38,231 nucleotides of DNA from Candidatus Thorarchaeota archaeon (GTDB lineage Archaea; Asgardarchaeota; Thorarchaeia; Thorarchaeales; Thorarchaeaceae), in contig JAWAQK010000020.1 in the NCBI GenBank assembly GCA_038893995.1, forward strand, positions 1-38,231. Direction: 5' to 3'. This document shows, in pieces, positions 1 through 10,075 of this stretch (its first letter is position 1; each line of letters begins with the position of its first letter). Both the position numbers and the translations under genes were made by a program. Below the pieces are notes generated by a model. That model was not told the DNA's origin. It saw nothing but the letters and a program-made list of their open reading frames with translations, and did no database searches.

Positions 1-1
1 T

Positions 2-298
2 TTACTCAGGTACATCTTCTTCACTGAGATGCAGGTCGAGCAGGCCGCCAAGATACTCAACACCATAATGGAGCGGGACGGAGTCATGCCCGACACCGAC
101 TGGGAACGACTCATGCTGTCCAGCAGGGGACTCTACGTCAAGGTGATGAAGAAACTCCGTGACGCGGGACTGGTCGAGAAGAGGTCTGGAGAGTTCAGAC
201 TGAGCAGGGACTTCGCCTACGCACTGGGCAAGATGGCCCAGTACTGGACCGAGATCGTCGACTCATTTGGCGCCGGCGACCGCTCAGTCAAGTTCTGA
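2..298 (+). CDS. Winged-helix DNA-binding protein, 5'-truncated by the window edge
   Basis: The frame is open from base 2 (LLRYIFFTEMQ...). 'SRGLYVKVMKKLRDAGLVEKRSGEFRLS' fits a wHTH recognition helix plus wing. Confidence 0.65.
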   Translation, partial: LLRYIFFTEMQVEQAAKILNTIMERDGVMPDTDWERLMLSSRGLYVKVMKKLRDAGLVEKRSGEFRLSRDFAYALGKMAQYWTEIVDSFGAGDRSVKF

Positions 299-305
299 GC
301 CTGAA

Positions 306-1880
306 CTACACCTTGACCTCGCCTTCTCCTATCTCGGGTCGGGTCAGCGTAGAGTACACTCTCTCGCCCTCGATCTTCAGGACTCCGAGCTTCTCCAGCT
401 GGCGCGCGTGCTTGGCCGCAATGGGCACCTGTATCGCAAGAGCCTTTGCGAGGTCTGCGAAGGTCATGGAACCCACCTCGTCAACAAGGAGTAGGACCTT
501 TGTACTGGCATCGACATTGAGCACCCTGATGTATCGGGCTGCACGCTCGTTGGCGTAGTCTCTCATCTCGAGCGCCATATCCCGCTCCCGTTCCATGAGC
601 CTGGTGGCCTTCTCGAATGCCTCCTGCTGCATCCGAAGCATGTCCGCCTTCTTCTGTGATTCCGCAAGTTCCTTCTCCAGCTGGTAGATGCGCTCCTCGA
701 GGTCTTTCACGCTGCCCAGTCTAGTCTGGAGCGACTGAAGCTCTGCAAGACGTTTCTGAGCCAGCGACTCTGCAGCGTTCTTCGCCTCGACTGCTGTCTT
801 CAGGTTCCTCTCGAGCTCCTGAATGATGGACGCGTTGGTCTCGATCTCCTTTCTCTTCTCAGCAAGTGATGCCTCAAGCAGCTCCACCTTATGGGCCAGT
901 GCCGTGAACTCAGCCTCGGACCTTGCAGACACGGCTCTGGGCGCAGCCCTCTCGGAGGCATAGACCCGGAGCTGCCCCTCCACCTCTGCAAGTCTAGCCT
1001 TCAGCTCCGTAATGGTGTTCGCCTGCTGCTGTATCTGCTCATCCTTCTTTGCGGCAAGCGCGTCACGTTCTAGTAGCTCCCTGCGGAGCCTGTCAGCCTC
1101 TGCTTCAATCTCACCAAGCCTCCTACTCAGCTCTGAACTCGCAACACCACCTGCGGTCTCGATATCTATCCTTGCCTGCAGCTTGCGGACCTCAGCCTCC
1201 AGCGCCTGGACTTGCCTCTCTTTCTCACGTAGCTCCTCTCTGACTGCTAGGGCATCGTTCTCGAGGCTCTTCATGAACTCCCTTACAATATCCTGCTGTT
1301 CTACGATCGTCGTCCGCAGGTCATCTTCAGACTCTCTGACCTTTGTCGCAAACTCTTGAAATCGTTCCTGAGTCTGCTCAACAATCTTATTGATGAGTTC
1401 CTTCTCCATCTTGGAGAACTCCGAGTCAACGATCTCGACAAAGGTGTTCTCGATGACGGACTTGAAGAACTGCATCCGGAGTTTCTCGACCATCTGCGCA
1501 GATATCCTGGACTTCAGCTCCACAACCTTGCCTCGGAAGGCCAGCAGCTGGGCCGCAAATACACTGACAACTCCCCGCTGAAGCGACGAGATATCAGAGC
1601 GTAGAGTTTCCAGTTTCTTGAGTAGAGCGTCAAACCCCGATACTGCGTCGCGCTCTGCCATGGCAGCCTCAGCCTCACGCCCCGGTGGCTCAAGCTTCTC
1701 AACGAACTCGAGCGCTGACGCTGCTGCACTCACTATGTCGTCGTCGCTAATCACAGGCCTTGAGCGGGCCGGATCATCTCCCTGAGCGATTGCGACCAGG
1801 TCCGAGTCTGATAGCAGTGCTCTCCTCAGGCCCTCTTCGATGGCCTGCTTCTCACTATCTGTCAGTCTGTCTTCTGACAT
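306..1880 (-). CDS. Long coiled-coil protein with C-terminal winged-helix domain
   Basis: About 400 aa of E/K/R/Q/L/A-rich heptad sequence, then 'KVLLLVDEVGSMTFADLAKALAIQVPIAAKHARQLEKLGVLKIEG' (wHTH). Start placed at MSEDRL (1880). Confidence 0.75.
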   Translation of the reverse strand: MSEDRLTDSEKQAIEEGLRRALLSDSDLVAIAQGDDPARSRPVISDDDIVSAAASALEFVEKLEPPGREAEAAMAERDAVSGFDALLKKLETLRSDISSLQRGVVSVFAAQLLAFRGKVVELKSRISAQMVEKLRMQFFKSVIENTFVEIVDSEFSKMEKELINKIVEQTQERFQEFATKVRESEDDLRTTIVEQQDIVREFMKSLENDALAVREELREKERQVQALEAEVRKLQARIDIETAGGVASSELSRRLGEIEAEADRLRRELLERDALAAKKDEQIQQQANTITELKARLAEVEGQLRVYASERAAPRAVSARSEAEFTALAHKVELLEASLAEKRKEIETNASIIQELERNLKTAVEAKNAAESLAQKRLAELQSLQTRLGSVKDLEERIYQLEKELAESQKKADMLRMQQEAFEKATRLMERERDMALEMRDYANERAARYIRVLNVDASTKVLLLVDEVGSMTFADLAKALAIQVPIAAKHARQLEKLGVLKIEGERVYSTLTRPEIGEGEVKV

Positions 1881-2112
1881 GCCAAGCAGGTAATGACCCA
1901 TCTGCAGTATAAGGTTTGCTAGACCAAGCACGATGTACATCGAACAAGTGAATTGCTCCGAACACAAGAGCATGCGGATGATCCTGAGTGCCAGAACAGT
2001 TCAGGGGAGCCGTGTCAAAGATGACGCACGGGCTCAGTACTGAGCCTGCGTGTCTCTCGCAATGACACTAATGCCTTAAGCACTTGATGATACTCACGAT
2101 GACCGACCTGGG

Positions 2113-3336
2113 ATGGACCAAGTTGCATCACGGCTCAGAGGTGCAACGGTCGGCGTCATTGCGTTCAATGCGAGACCGATTGCAATGTCACTCAGACGAT
2201 TGGGCTGTCGTGTTCTTGTCTCGGACTACTGGGGCGATACGGACCTCGCCGAGTTCTGCGAGAGGTACGTTGCGATCCTAGACCAGCACTCTGACGAGAG
2301 TACCGGAGGCCGTGAAGATGGAGAGACCATAGGACACATGCTAGTAGACAACATGCTGAGGACATTCGGTTCGGAGGACATCGATCTCGTCTTCATTGGG
2401 AGCGGACTCGACAACGATCATGATGAGGTGCGCAGGTTGACAGAGTGTTTTACGGTCGTTGGCAACGACGCAGATGCATTCAGGAGGGCCCGCGATCCTG
2501 AGACTGTGACAAGAGCAGGCCGAGATGCCGTGTTCAGGATACCCAGACGCGTGTATTTCGACTCACTCGAGGATGCATCACGAGCCGCTGAGGACATCGG
2601 ATACCCGTGTGTGATGAAGTCTGTGCGCTCAGGTGGGGGGACAGGCATACGTCTCATCCGCAACCCAGAGGATCTTCAGAGATGGGCAGGGAAGGGCAAG
2701 ACAGAGGGAAGGTACCTCCAGGAGTATATCGAGGGCACTGACGTGAGCTGTAGCGTCCTCAGCTCAGGGTCCGATGCACATGCTCTCTCAGTTCAGGGGC
2801 AGCTGATAGGAATGCCTTCTGCGGGTAGGCGATGCGACTTCGTCTATTGCGGAAACTACATTCCTGTTCCGCTTGGCGAGGAGGTCCTGCAGGAGATCAT
2901 GAGGGCAAGCGAACAGATCTCTCTGACACTCGGTCTCCGCGGTTCGAATGGGGTCGATATGGTGGTCGACAGAGAGGGAGAAGCATGGCTGATGGAGGTC
3001 AATCCGAGGCTACAGGGCTCCCTAGAGATGTTCGAATGCAGCACTGGCCTGAGTGTGACGGAACTTCACTACCTTGCCTGGTCTGGAGAGCTCCCCGCCG
3101 TGAACGTGACCCCGAGGCCGACTGTGAGAATGGTCGTGTACGCGAATCATGGGGGAACGCTATCAAGCCTTGAGGGACTCAGTGGCGTATGGGACCGCAC
3201 ACCGGGGGGTTCAATCGTGAACAGCGGGGACCCCATATGCACGGTAGTCATGACAGGGGCGAGGCTGTCGGACTGTTACGGCGAGTGTATGAAGATGGCG
3301 AGAATAGTCCAGTCGCTTGTCAGGCCAGAGGGCTGA
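2113..3336 (+). CDS. ATP-grasp domain carboligase (COG2232-like; possibly C1-cofactor related)
   Basis: ATP-grasp motifs 'YPCVMKSVRSGGGTGI', 'YLQEYIEG' and 'GVDMV...WLMEVNPRLQGS'. A TATA-like CTTAAG lies at about 2075. Confidence 0.85.
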   Translation: MDQVASRLRGATVGVIAFNARPIAMSLRRLGCRVLVSDYWGDTDLAEFCERYVAILDQHSDESTGGREDGETIGHMLVDNMLRTFGSEDIDLVFIGSGLDNDHDEVRRLTECFTVVGNDADAFRRARDPETVTRAGRDAVFRIPRRVYFDSLEDASRAAEDIGYPCVMKSVRSGGGTGIRLIRNPEDLQRWAGKGKTEGRYLQEYIEGTDVSCSVLSSGSDAHALSVQGQLIGMPSAGRRCDFVYCGNYIPVPLGEEVLQEIMRASEQISLTLGLRGSNGVDMVVDREGEAWLMEVNPRLQGSLEMFECSTGLSVTELHYLAWSGELPAVNVTPRPTVRMVVYANHGGTLSSLEGLSGVWDRTPGGSIVNSGDPICTVVMTGARLSDCYGECMKMARIVQSLVRPEG

Positions 3337-3394
3337 CGAACCACATACCTCTATATTCGCCGGAGGGCAGTCAAGAAAACAGGATTGGCTGTAC

Positions 3395-5479
3395 ATGATA
3401 AGGCTGGTCATCGTCCTGACAAAGGGCGGGGTCACTGTCCGATTCAGGGGTGTGACGAACAGTCCCAACGAATTTGTTCTGGGAGCCCTAGTTGAGGCGG
3501 TGCAGAGTCTTGGCGATATGGTGGGCAGTGGCGATGTACAACACCTGAAGTTCAGGGACGACACGATGATCCTCACCAAGTCCAAGAAGGGTTACAGCGT
3601 CGTCGCCCTAGTAGACAAGTCTGAGGACTACATGGACAGCCTCATCCGGCTCATTGCCGATGCCATAGACGACTCTCAGATACCCCCGGCGGATGGTACA
3701 GTCGCAGAACTCCACATGGACATCGTTGACAGAGTACTCTCTGAGTACATCAAGGAAGACATAGACGTCTCCTTTCTGGATCTGGTATCAGAGGTCTGGC
3801 CCCCGCTTCTGAGAGCGCTCGAGGATGTCCCTGAGATGAAGGCCCAGCTAGACGAGGTACGAAACGCGTTCAGCAGGGCCGATGTGGGATGTGGGACTGG
3901 GCCGGTCGTAGCTGGTCCCCACGTCAAGGACAGAACTGCGCTCGAACATGCGCTCGACGGGGACTTCGAGTGTGCATGGGAGGCTGCTAGAGACCAGCCA
4001 GGTGTCGAATCAAGGGTGCTTGCCGTGAAAATGGGGTGCGTGCTGCACTCGATGACACTCTGCTGCGCGCCTCCTATCCCGGAGATAAGACTCGTGGCTC
4101 AAGCGCTGCCCGACGACCACCCCCTGACTGAGCTGGCCAGGGCGCTGGTCGGGACTCTCACCGGCGAGACCATAAGAGCTGACTACGCCAGAGCCTATCG
4201 CTCAGCCATCAGCAGGTTCAGGTTCGTCGACGATGGCTCACTCGCGGAGGGACTCATCTTCCTCGACCCGCTCATAGTCGAGTACCCTGCCTTTGCTGAG
4301 GAGATGGTCCGGGCCTACAGGGGACGCTCAACGATGGTAGTTTCATACATCACGGCCATGCAGGATAGGAGAAGGATCTTTGACCGACTATATTCGGCGA
4401 CCAGCTACGACGAGTTCAGGTCTGAGCTGATTGCCTATCGACGTCAGATCTCGGCCGTGATGGAACAACTCGACAAACTACTTGGGATGCAACCTACGAC
4501 GAGCGGGGAGGAACATAAGATACTCAGACTCGGCCCCACGTTGGCGTTGACTCTCCAGAACTATGTGATGTTGCTCACGGGAGTGGCTGAGTCACCAGTC
4601 CTGTCGTTGCGTGAGCGAATCGACGTGCTGCGGGAGGTCAGAGCAATCTACAGGAAGCAGATCAGGCCTCTGCTGTTGTCCCGATGTCCACTCTTCGCGC
4701 CTACTGTAGACAGCATCTTCCAGAGCGTGAGCGTAGTCCTCGCCGAGTCACATACGCTGGCCAAGCTAGCTTCGCGTACGAGGAGCATTGACGAGATAGT
4801 GGAATTCATCCAAGATCTGATGTCTGTCATGAAGAGAGAGGCGCCCAAGCGTGGAGTCCGTATCTCTTTCAATGTCGTTGCAAACGCGCTTCTGCCTGTC
4901 CTCGCACAGTCAAGGAAGATGCCAGAGTGTGCGGTCCAGCTCCTCATGGCAATGATGATGACTCTCGATGTGCAGACCGTGGACGCAATCCAGTTCACAC
5001 GTCCAGACGACTTCGCGACAGACCTTGCCAACACTGTTTCTGCGCTCGCCTCGGCAGTGTCCTACTACATGCAGGGTGACCTCAGAACCACCCTGCTCAA
5101 GAAGTGTGTCTTTGCTGGGGTTGAGGCACATAGGTGGTTTGTGGCACATGGGACTGTGTGCAGAGACGACATCATGGCGCTCACGAGCGGTGCCGCGGCA
5201 ATCGCCCCAGAGCTCAGCGATAGCGAACTGGACACCCTGACTGAAAGGGTCTGCACATTGAATCGGGTTGCTATGGGGGTGCCGATCAAGTACAGGGATG
5301 ATGCAACAATGATGGCGCTCCCCCTCGTGAGTCTACTAAGGACTGCGTGGTTGAAACTAGGACATGTGAAATACAGACAGGCGGCCCAGGAGACCCTTAG
5401 GAACGCCATCAGCACCTTGCAGGAGGCGGGTCTAGATGACCATGCTCGACGTCTCGAGCAGTTGTTTCCCCCAACATGA
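3395..5479 (+). CDS. Protein with N-terminal longin/roadblock-like domain and long alpha-helical C-terminal region
   Basis: The N-terminus 'MIRLVIVLTKGGVTVRFR...VLGALVEAVQSLGDMVGSGDVQHLKFRDDTMILTKSKKGYSVVALVD' has the beta-beta-alpha-beta-beta-beta-alpha pattern of longin folds. The remainder looks helical. Confidence 0.6.
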   Translation: MIRLVIVLTKGGVTVRFRGVTNSPNEFVLGALVEAVQSLGDMVGSGDVQHLKFRDDTMILTKSKKGYSVVALVDKSEDYMDSLIRLIADAIDDSQIPPADGTVAELHMDIVDRVLSEYIKEDIDVSFLDLVSEVWPPLLRALEDVPEMKAQLDEVRNAFSRADVGCGTGPVVAGPHVKDRTALEHALDGDFECAWEAARDQPGVESRVLAVKMGCVLHSMTLCCAPPIPEIRLVAQALPDDHPLTELARALVGTLTGETIRADYARAYRSAISRFRFVDDGSLAEGLIFLDPLIVEYPAFAEEMVRAYRGRSTMVVSYITAMQDRRRIFDRLYSATSYDEFRSELIAYRRQISAVMEQLDKLLGMQPTTSGEEHKILRLGPTLALTLQNYVMLLTGVAESPVLSLRERIDVLREVRAIYRKQIRPLLLSRCPLFAPTVDSIFQSVSVVLAESHTLAKLASRTRSIDEIVEFIQDLMSVMKREAPKRGVRISFNVVANALLPVLAQSRKMPECAVQLLMAMMMTLDVQTVDAIQFTRPDDFATDLANTVSALASAVSYYMQGDLRTTLLKKCVFAGVEAHRWFVAHGTVCRDDIMALTSGAAAIAPELSDSELDTLTERVCTLNRVAMGVPIKYRDDATMMALPLVSLLRTAWLKLGHVKYRQAAQETLRNAISTLQEAGLDDHARRLEQLFPPT

Positions 5480-5904
5480 TCTCGAAGAAGCGGCTAGCCT
5501 TGCGAAGTGCGCTGACCCCAACACTGGAAGTTCCGACAGCACTGTCGCAGCAGGTCAGACTGGGAAATCGCATTAAGCACTGGCGGGCCTCTCATTGCTG
5601 TGGCGCCAGATCGGTCTCTCCAAGTGCATGATCGTGGCTTCTGCGGCAGAATGGTCGAAGAGTATCTGGCCTTTCGCACAAGGGCATTCTGCTGCTTCCG
5701 CCTCCAGACGCCAACGAGAGGGGCAGTTCGACGTACTGCGGGTATCGAGAGTCAGCATGAAGTATCCTTAGTAGTTGGTAAGTCCGACAGCTTCCGGGTC
5801 GGGCACAATGTGGTGATCTGGGCGGAGGCGTGTCTGATTGAAAGTCCTGATAGCAGGCGGTGCAGGGTATCTGGGGTCTGTCCTGTCGAAGCGGCTTCTT
5901 GATT

Positions 5905-6179
5905 CAGGCCATGAACCTTGGCTCTGGCACTGAAACCAAGGTGAAAGACCTGGCTCAGATGATCATTGAGATCACGGGGAGCAGGTCAGAGATAAGGTAC
6001 GCGCCCAAGCGGGACTGGGACAAATCAGAGGGCTCGCGTCAACAGAAAAGGCTCGCAGACTGATAGGATACCAGCCTAGGATGTCCTTCAAGGAGGGCCT
6101 CAAGAAGGTGTATGAATGGATCATAGAGAACAGACAGAACATAGAACAGACGATGAAACCCCAGTACCGGCTCTGGTAG
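5905..6179 (+). pseudogene. C-terminal remnant of an NAD-dependent epimerase/dehydratase (extended SDR), frameshifted
   Basis: 'QAMNLGSGTETKVKDLAQMIIEITGSRSEIRYAPKRDWDK' continues after a frameshift near 6025-6030 as 'LASTEKARRLIGYQPRMSFKEGLKKVYEWIIENRQNIE...W*'. No GxxGxxG Rossmann N-terminus is present upstream. Confidence 0.8.
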
Positions 6180-6550
6180 CCTGGCTGTAGAAACCTCGAG
6201 AGAATGCGTAATACCCAGCACTCTCGCAGGCAAACTACGTCGCGAAGAGCTCGGCGCATGACCAGGTCCGAATTCGTTCCGGAATGTTGTCATCCGGCTA
6301 GGAGATGCTCTGACGAAGTTCCCATCATCTGTCCGCAGGATTATACGTGGTGCGGCCTCAGTTTGGGCTGTCAAAGACAGGGCTTGATCAGCAGAGTGAT
6401 CATGGGCATTGTCATCCACGAATGCAGACGGAGACCAAACGTCTTCGATCTACTCCGAACACATCGGTGCCCGGAGGAAATGTCGTGTCACAGTTTTCCT
6501 TGGGTAAGGATACGATGTCAGATAGGGAGGGGAATGGTCGTCAGATGGGA

Positions 6551-8950
6551 CTACGGGACCGAGGAGCCCTCACGACTCCCAAGTGCATGCATGAGCGCCC
6601 AGATTGCGAGAGGACGCATGTAGAGAGAGGCACGAAAGTCCCCCTGCTCGGTCCATGCCTCCGGTGTTCTAAACCAGTAACCACGATCCCGGTACACGAC
6701 ATTGTAGGCACCCTCTGCAGTCCTGAGAGCCTCGTCGACGAGACCCTCGTGGACCATGAGGGCGGCAAGTGCGTATGTGGTCCCCACCCAGACCTCTGAG
6801 GACTGCAGACTGGAGCGGTCCACACGCCCATCGGGCCGCATGCCATTCATTGCGCCCATCGTCCCGTTCCTGAACCCGAGCACGTTTGACCTGTATATCG
6901 TCTGGAGGGCCCTTCGGGCATTCTCATGGCTCACTATGCCGCCCAGACCACAGACGAGCGAATACCAGTGACCAGCAAGCTGGTCGGCCATGATGCTATC
7001 GCTGTGAGGACCGCCGCTCGCATCGAACAGGTAGTAATCACCATTCCACAGCTTGCTCTCGTAGGATCTCCGACCTCTCTCGAGAATGTCCGTATAGCGT
7101 GATGCCACATCTTCATCGCCCATGAGTCTGGCCATTGCGACCATGGCCTGGGCAGCTCCCAGATAGAGCCCACCGCAGTATGCACTTGGGCCTCTCATTG
7201 TCCATGCGTCATATGTCTGGTCCGGGAATCCCTCGTTCTCGGGAAGGCCGTCACCGTCCGTGTCGAATCTGTCGATGTACTCCATGGCCTTCTTCAGTGC
7301 AGACCAACAGTACCTGACCAGCTCGATATCGCCTGTCATGATGTAGTTGCGGTATACCTGAAGAACGAACTTGGTGTTGAGGTCCTTCCACCTACTGACA
7401 TCCTGTGCCCTGTAGGCGTTCAGTCTGAACCATGGATCCTCAAGGGGCGTGCCAATGTCGTGAGGCACAACTCCAAGTGGTTTGCGCGGGGCAGTCCTCC
7501 CCTCGAAGAGCAGTTGGCGCATGGTGTTGTCCTCGTGGAGTACTGCATCTGCGTAGTCTATCTGAATCGAGTTGTCAATCTCTGGGAAATTCATGATCAG
7601 TGCAAACGTGTAGAAGTGAACATCGTACGTGTTGTAGAAGAGATAGTCGAAACACTCAAGGTATGCGAATCGGCACCGACCGGTCTTTCTGAGACCCTCG
7701 TCCACGTTGCCAGTCTCCCAGACGGTGCCCCCATCCAGCAGGTAGTACAACTCGTTGAACAGACCAGCCTTGAGCCAGTCAGGAACGCCTGACTCAAGAA
7801 TGGGCCTCTGCCACTCGACTATAGAGGCATCCCACTTCTCCCAGTTGTCGAGGGCCATCTCTGCTATCAGTGGTGCGTTGTCGCCACTGGAGTCAAAGAA
7901 TCGCGTGTACATGCGATACCATTCGGTCCCAGCCCCGAACCTGGCTATGGGGATATCCCACGAGAGTGCGAAGACCACTGTCTTTGTCTCACCGGGCAGG
8001 AGATCGACCCTGGCACATAGGGCAGCGCCATGGCGGTCCCTCTCAGGCGTCGCAGAGAATGGTCCGGTCAGCTGGCCGGTCCTCGAGAAGTCATTCCAGA
8101 TGTCGGACCCATCTCCCTGCGGGTCAAAACGGGTATTGCAAGAGATGTGTGCAGCATCCTCGGCGCGGACACCGATTGCAAACGAGACAGGATACACGTC
8201 ATCGGTCCGCTCCTTGGCGAGCTCCACGATGCACGTACGATGGTCGTGCCTTACGGTCCTAGTCGTATCGCCACTCCTGTGACCTGATCCTGGTGTGACG
8301 GCATTCTCCCATGAGAACATGAGCGAAACGCCAGCAGGTTGATCGCCCACATTCTCGACCTGCCACGCGAACACTCCGACAGGGTATGAGGATTCCACGT
8401 AGTTGTGTCCAATCACTGGGGACAGTTGCTCGCACACGAGCCTGATGTCTGCCTCACTGAAGTCGTACGTGGTCCAGGCACGCGGAAACAGGGCGTGGTA
8501 GACTGCACGCTCCGCGCTCATTCCCCAGCCCCATGTGCTCAGTCGGTCATCAGCGGGCGTTCTGGGGTTGAGGGTCTGAACGACGACCGGTCGTCCGCCA
8601 CGCTCTATTCTGAGATGGAACTGGTCGGGAAGGGACGGTTCGTAATGATGCCTGCCAATCTCGAGGTGCCAGCGCGCAAAGTCGCCCCTCAGGGTTCGAC
8701 CAATACTGCCAGCGCCCAGACCTCCGATCGGCAGTCCCTGATTGAATCCATCGTCGACTGGTCGGAGAACATCGAATCCAAGCGGAGGTTCCATGCCCTG
8801 CTCAGCGAGTCTCTTGAGCCGTTTCATCCTCATGTAGACCGGGATCATTGGCAAGGCGAGTCGGAGCGGGTATCTCCTTGGTCGACCGGGTCTGCCAGGA
8901 GCATAGTCGATAGGTACAGACCATGAGCAGGATGGTGGTTCAAGACGCAT
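6551..8950 (-). CDS. GH116 non-lysosomal glucosylceramidase / beta-glucosidase (GBA2-like)
   Basis: Motifs 'GLPIGGLGAGSIGR..RGDFARW', 'YHALFPRAWT', 'LFNELYYL.DGG', 'YLE.FDY..YNTYDVHFY', 'VPHDIG...DPW...NAY', 'WKDLNTKFVLQVYR', 'PDQTYDAW', 'QSSEVWVG' and 'YMRPLAIW'. Confidence 0.93.
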   Translation of the reverse strand: MRLEPPSCSWSVPIDYAPGRPGRPRRYPLRLALPMIPVYMRMKRLKRLAEQGMEPPLGFDVLRPVDDGFNQGLPIGGLGAGSIGRTLRGDFARWHLEIGRHHYEPSLPDQFHLRIERGGRPVVVQTLNPRTPADDRLSTWGWGMSAERAVYHALFPRAWTTYDFSEADIRLVCEQLSPVIGHNYVESSYPVGVFAWQVENVGDQPAGVSLMFSWENAVTPGSGHRSGDTTRTVRHDHRTCIVELAKERTDDVYPVSFAIGVRAEDAAHISCNTRFDPQGDGSDIWNDFSRTGQLTGPFSATPERDRHGAALCARVDLLPGETKTVVFALSWDIPIARFGAGTEWYRMYTRFFDSSGDNAPLIAEMALDNWEKWDASIVEWQRPILESGVPDWLKAGLFNELYYLLDGGTVWETGNVDEGLRKTGRCRFAYLECFDYLFYNTYDVHFYTFALIMNFPEIDNSIQIDYADAVLHEDNTMRQLLFEGRTAPRKPLGVVPHDIGTPLEDPWFRLNAYRAQDVSRWKDLNTKFVLQVYRNYIMTGDIELVRYCWSALKKAMEYIDRFDTDGDGLPENEGFPDQTYDAWTMRGPSAYCGGLYLGAAQAMVAMARLMGDEDVASRYTDILERGRRSYESKLWNGDYYLFDASGGPHSDSIMADQLAGHWYSLVCGLGGIVSHENARRALQTIYRSNVLGFRNGTMGAMNGMRPDGRVDRSSLQSSEVWVGTTYALAALMVHEGLVDEALRTAEGAYNVVYRDRGYWFRTPEAWTEQGDFRASLYMRPLAIWALMHALGSREGSSVP

Positions 8951-9067
8951 CTTGATCGCTGGAAGGAGGGCGTGACCCACTTATCTCTTTCACCCATGTC
9001 CCGCATTGCTCAGGAAACGTTATCAGCAGAGGCGTAGTATGTGTATGCAAGGCTCAAGGGTGAGAAA

Positions 9068-10075
9068 ATGATCAGCTGCCAATACTGTGGAAAGGCGAAC
9101 CAGCCGACCCGAAAGTACTGCATAAGGTGTGGTCGTTCACTGCTGAAGCCGTTGCCTGATGAGAAGAGTACACCACAGCAGCCGCAGGCCGTAAGAGTGG
9201 CAGCCGCTCAACCCGCAATGCAGGCGCCCGTCGAGAGGGAGCAAGCCGAGCAACCACCTCAAACGACCACGGACGATCGGTGGGTGAAACCCTCATCAGT
9301 GCCCAGGGACCGTGTCCGGACGGCGGCAAGACGTCCTGACATGAAGAGTGAGAGCGAGAAGGCCAGGGAGGTGTTTGAGAGAGCTATGAGCTATGGCATA
9401 GATGAGGCACCCTCTGGAGTCGTTGAAACACGGATGCTCAGAGCGAGTGAGGTCAGGGATCTGCTTGGGTCCGCCGAACCCGTTCCATCGCCTCCAGAGC
9501 CCGCGCCGGCACCGAGCGCCCAGACGCTCACTGGAGCTGGGGGGACTCCACGAGTCGAGCAGTCGTCTCGGACCGATACGGAGGAGATGGTGCTTGGGCG
9601 CAGGTCAGCAATTGTCAGAGGGATGGGACCCGAGCCTGTGACACCCCCTCCTGCCTCTGCAGGCGTTTCCGAAACCTCTGAATTCAGATCGTCGCGGTAT
9701 ACCGAAACAGATGTTGCAGGTCCAGCAGCTGAGCCACCCACGTCGATATCCAGAGACCGGACAGAAGAACTCACGTTCGACGAGATTCCCGTGGCCGCCC
9801 AGCAGATGCCGTCTGGTCCCCGGGCTCAGGAAGAGACGACCAGTGTCTGTCCAAACTGCGGCTCCGTGATACACATAGACAGGTTTGAATATCCGACCGA
9901 GATCTACAAGATGATGGGAGAGGCAAGACTCAGACAGGCCAGATTCTTTCTGGTTCAGGGAAATGGGACAGAAGCACGAAGAATCTGCATGATAGCTGCA
10001 GGGTTGTTCTCAAGGGCTGCAGACGAACAGGGCCTAGCCCAGGTCGACAGCCTACTCAGCTCGCTGGCAAGATAG
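9068..10075 (+). CDS. Zinc-ribbon protein with disordered P/A/T-rich linker and C-terminal CxxC plus helical hairpin
   Basis: N-terminal CQYC...CIRC, low-complexity middle, CPNCG and a TPR-like helix pair. GGTGA SD precedes the ATG at 9068. Confidence 0.75.
   Translation: MISCQYCGKANQPTRKYCIRCGRSLLKPLPDEKSTPQQPQAVRVAAAQPAMQAPVEREQAEQPPQTTTDDRWVKPSSVPRDRVRTAARRPDMKSESEKAREVFERAMSYGIDEAPSGVVETRMLRASEVRDLLGSAEPVPSPPEPAPAPSAQTLTGAGGTPRVEQSSRTDTEEMVLGRRSAIVRGMGPEPVTPPPASAGVSETSEFRSSRYTETDVAGPAAEPPTSISRDRTEELTFDEIPVAAQQMPSGPRAQEETTSVCPNCGSVIHIDRFEYPTEIYKMMGEARLRQARFFLVQGNGTEARRICMIAAGLFSRAADEQGLAQVDSLLSSLAR

Noticed and set aside
306-1880. SMC/Rad50 assignment for the coiled-coil protein
   Set aside because: No Walker A/B, signature motif or hinge/zinc hook is visible.
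5573-5902. Small ORFs on both strands upstream of the epimerase remnant
   Set aside because: No motifs, SD or coding-like composition, so a gene call cannot be supported.
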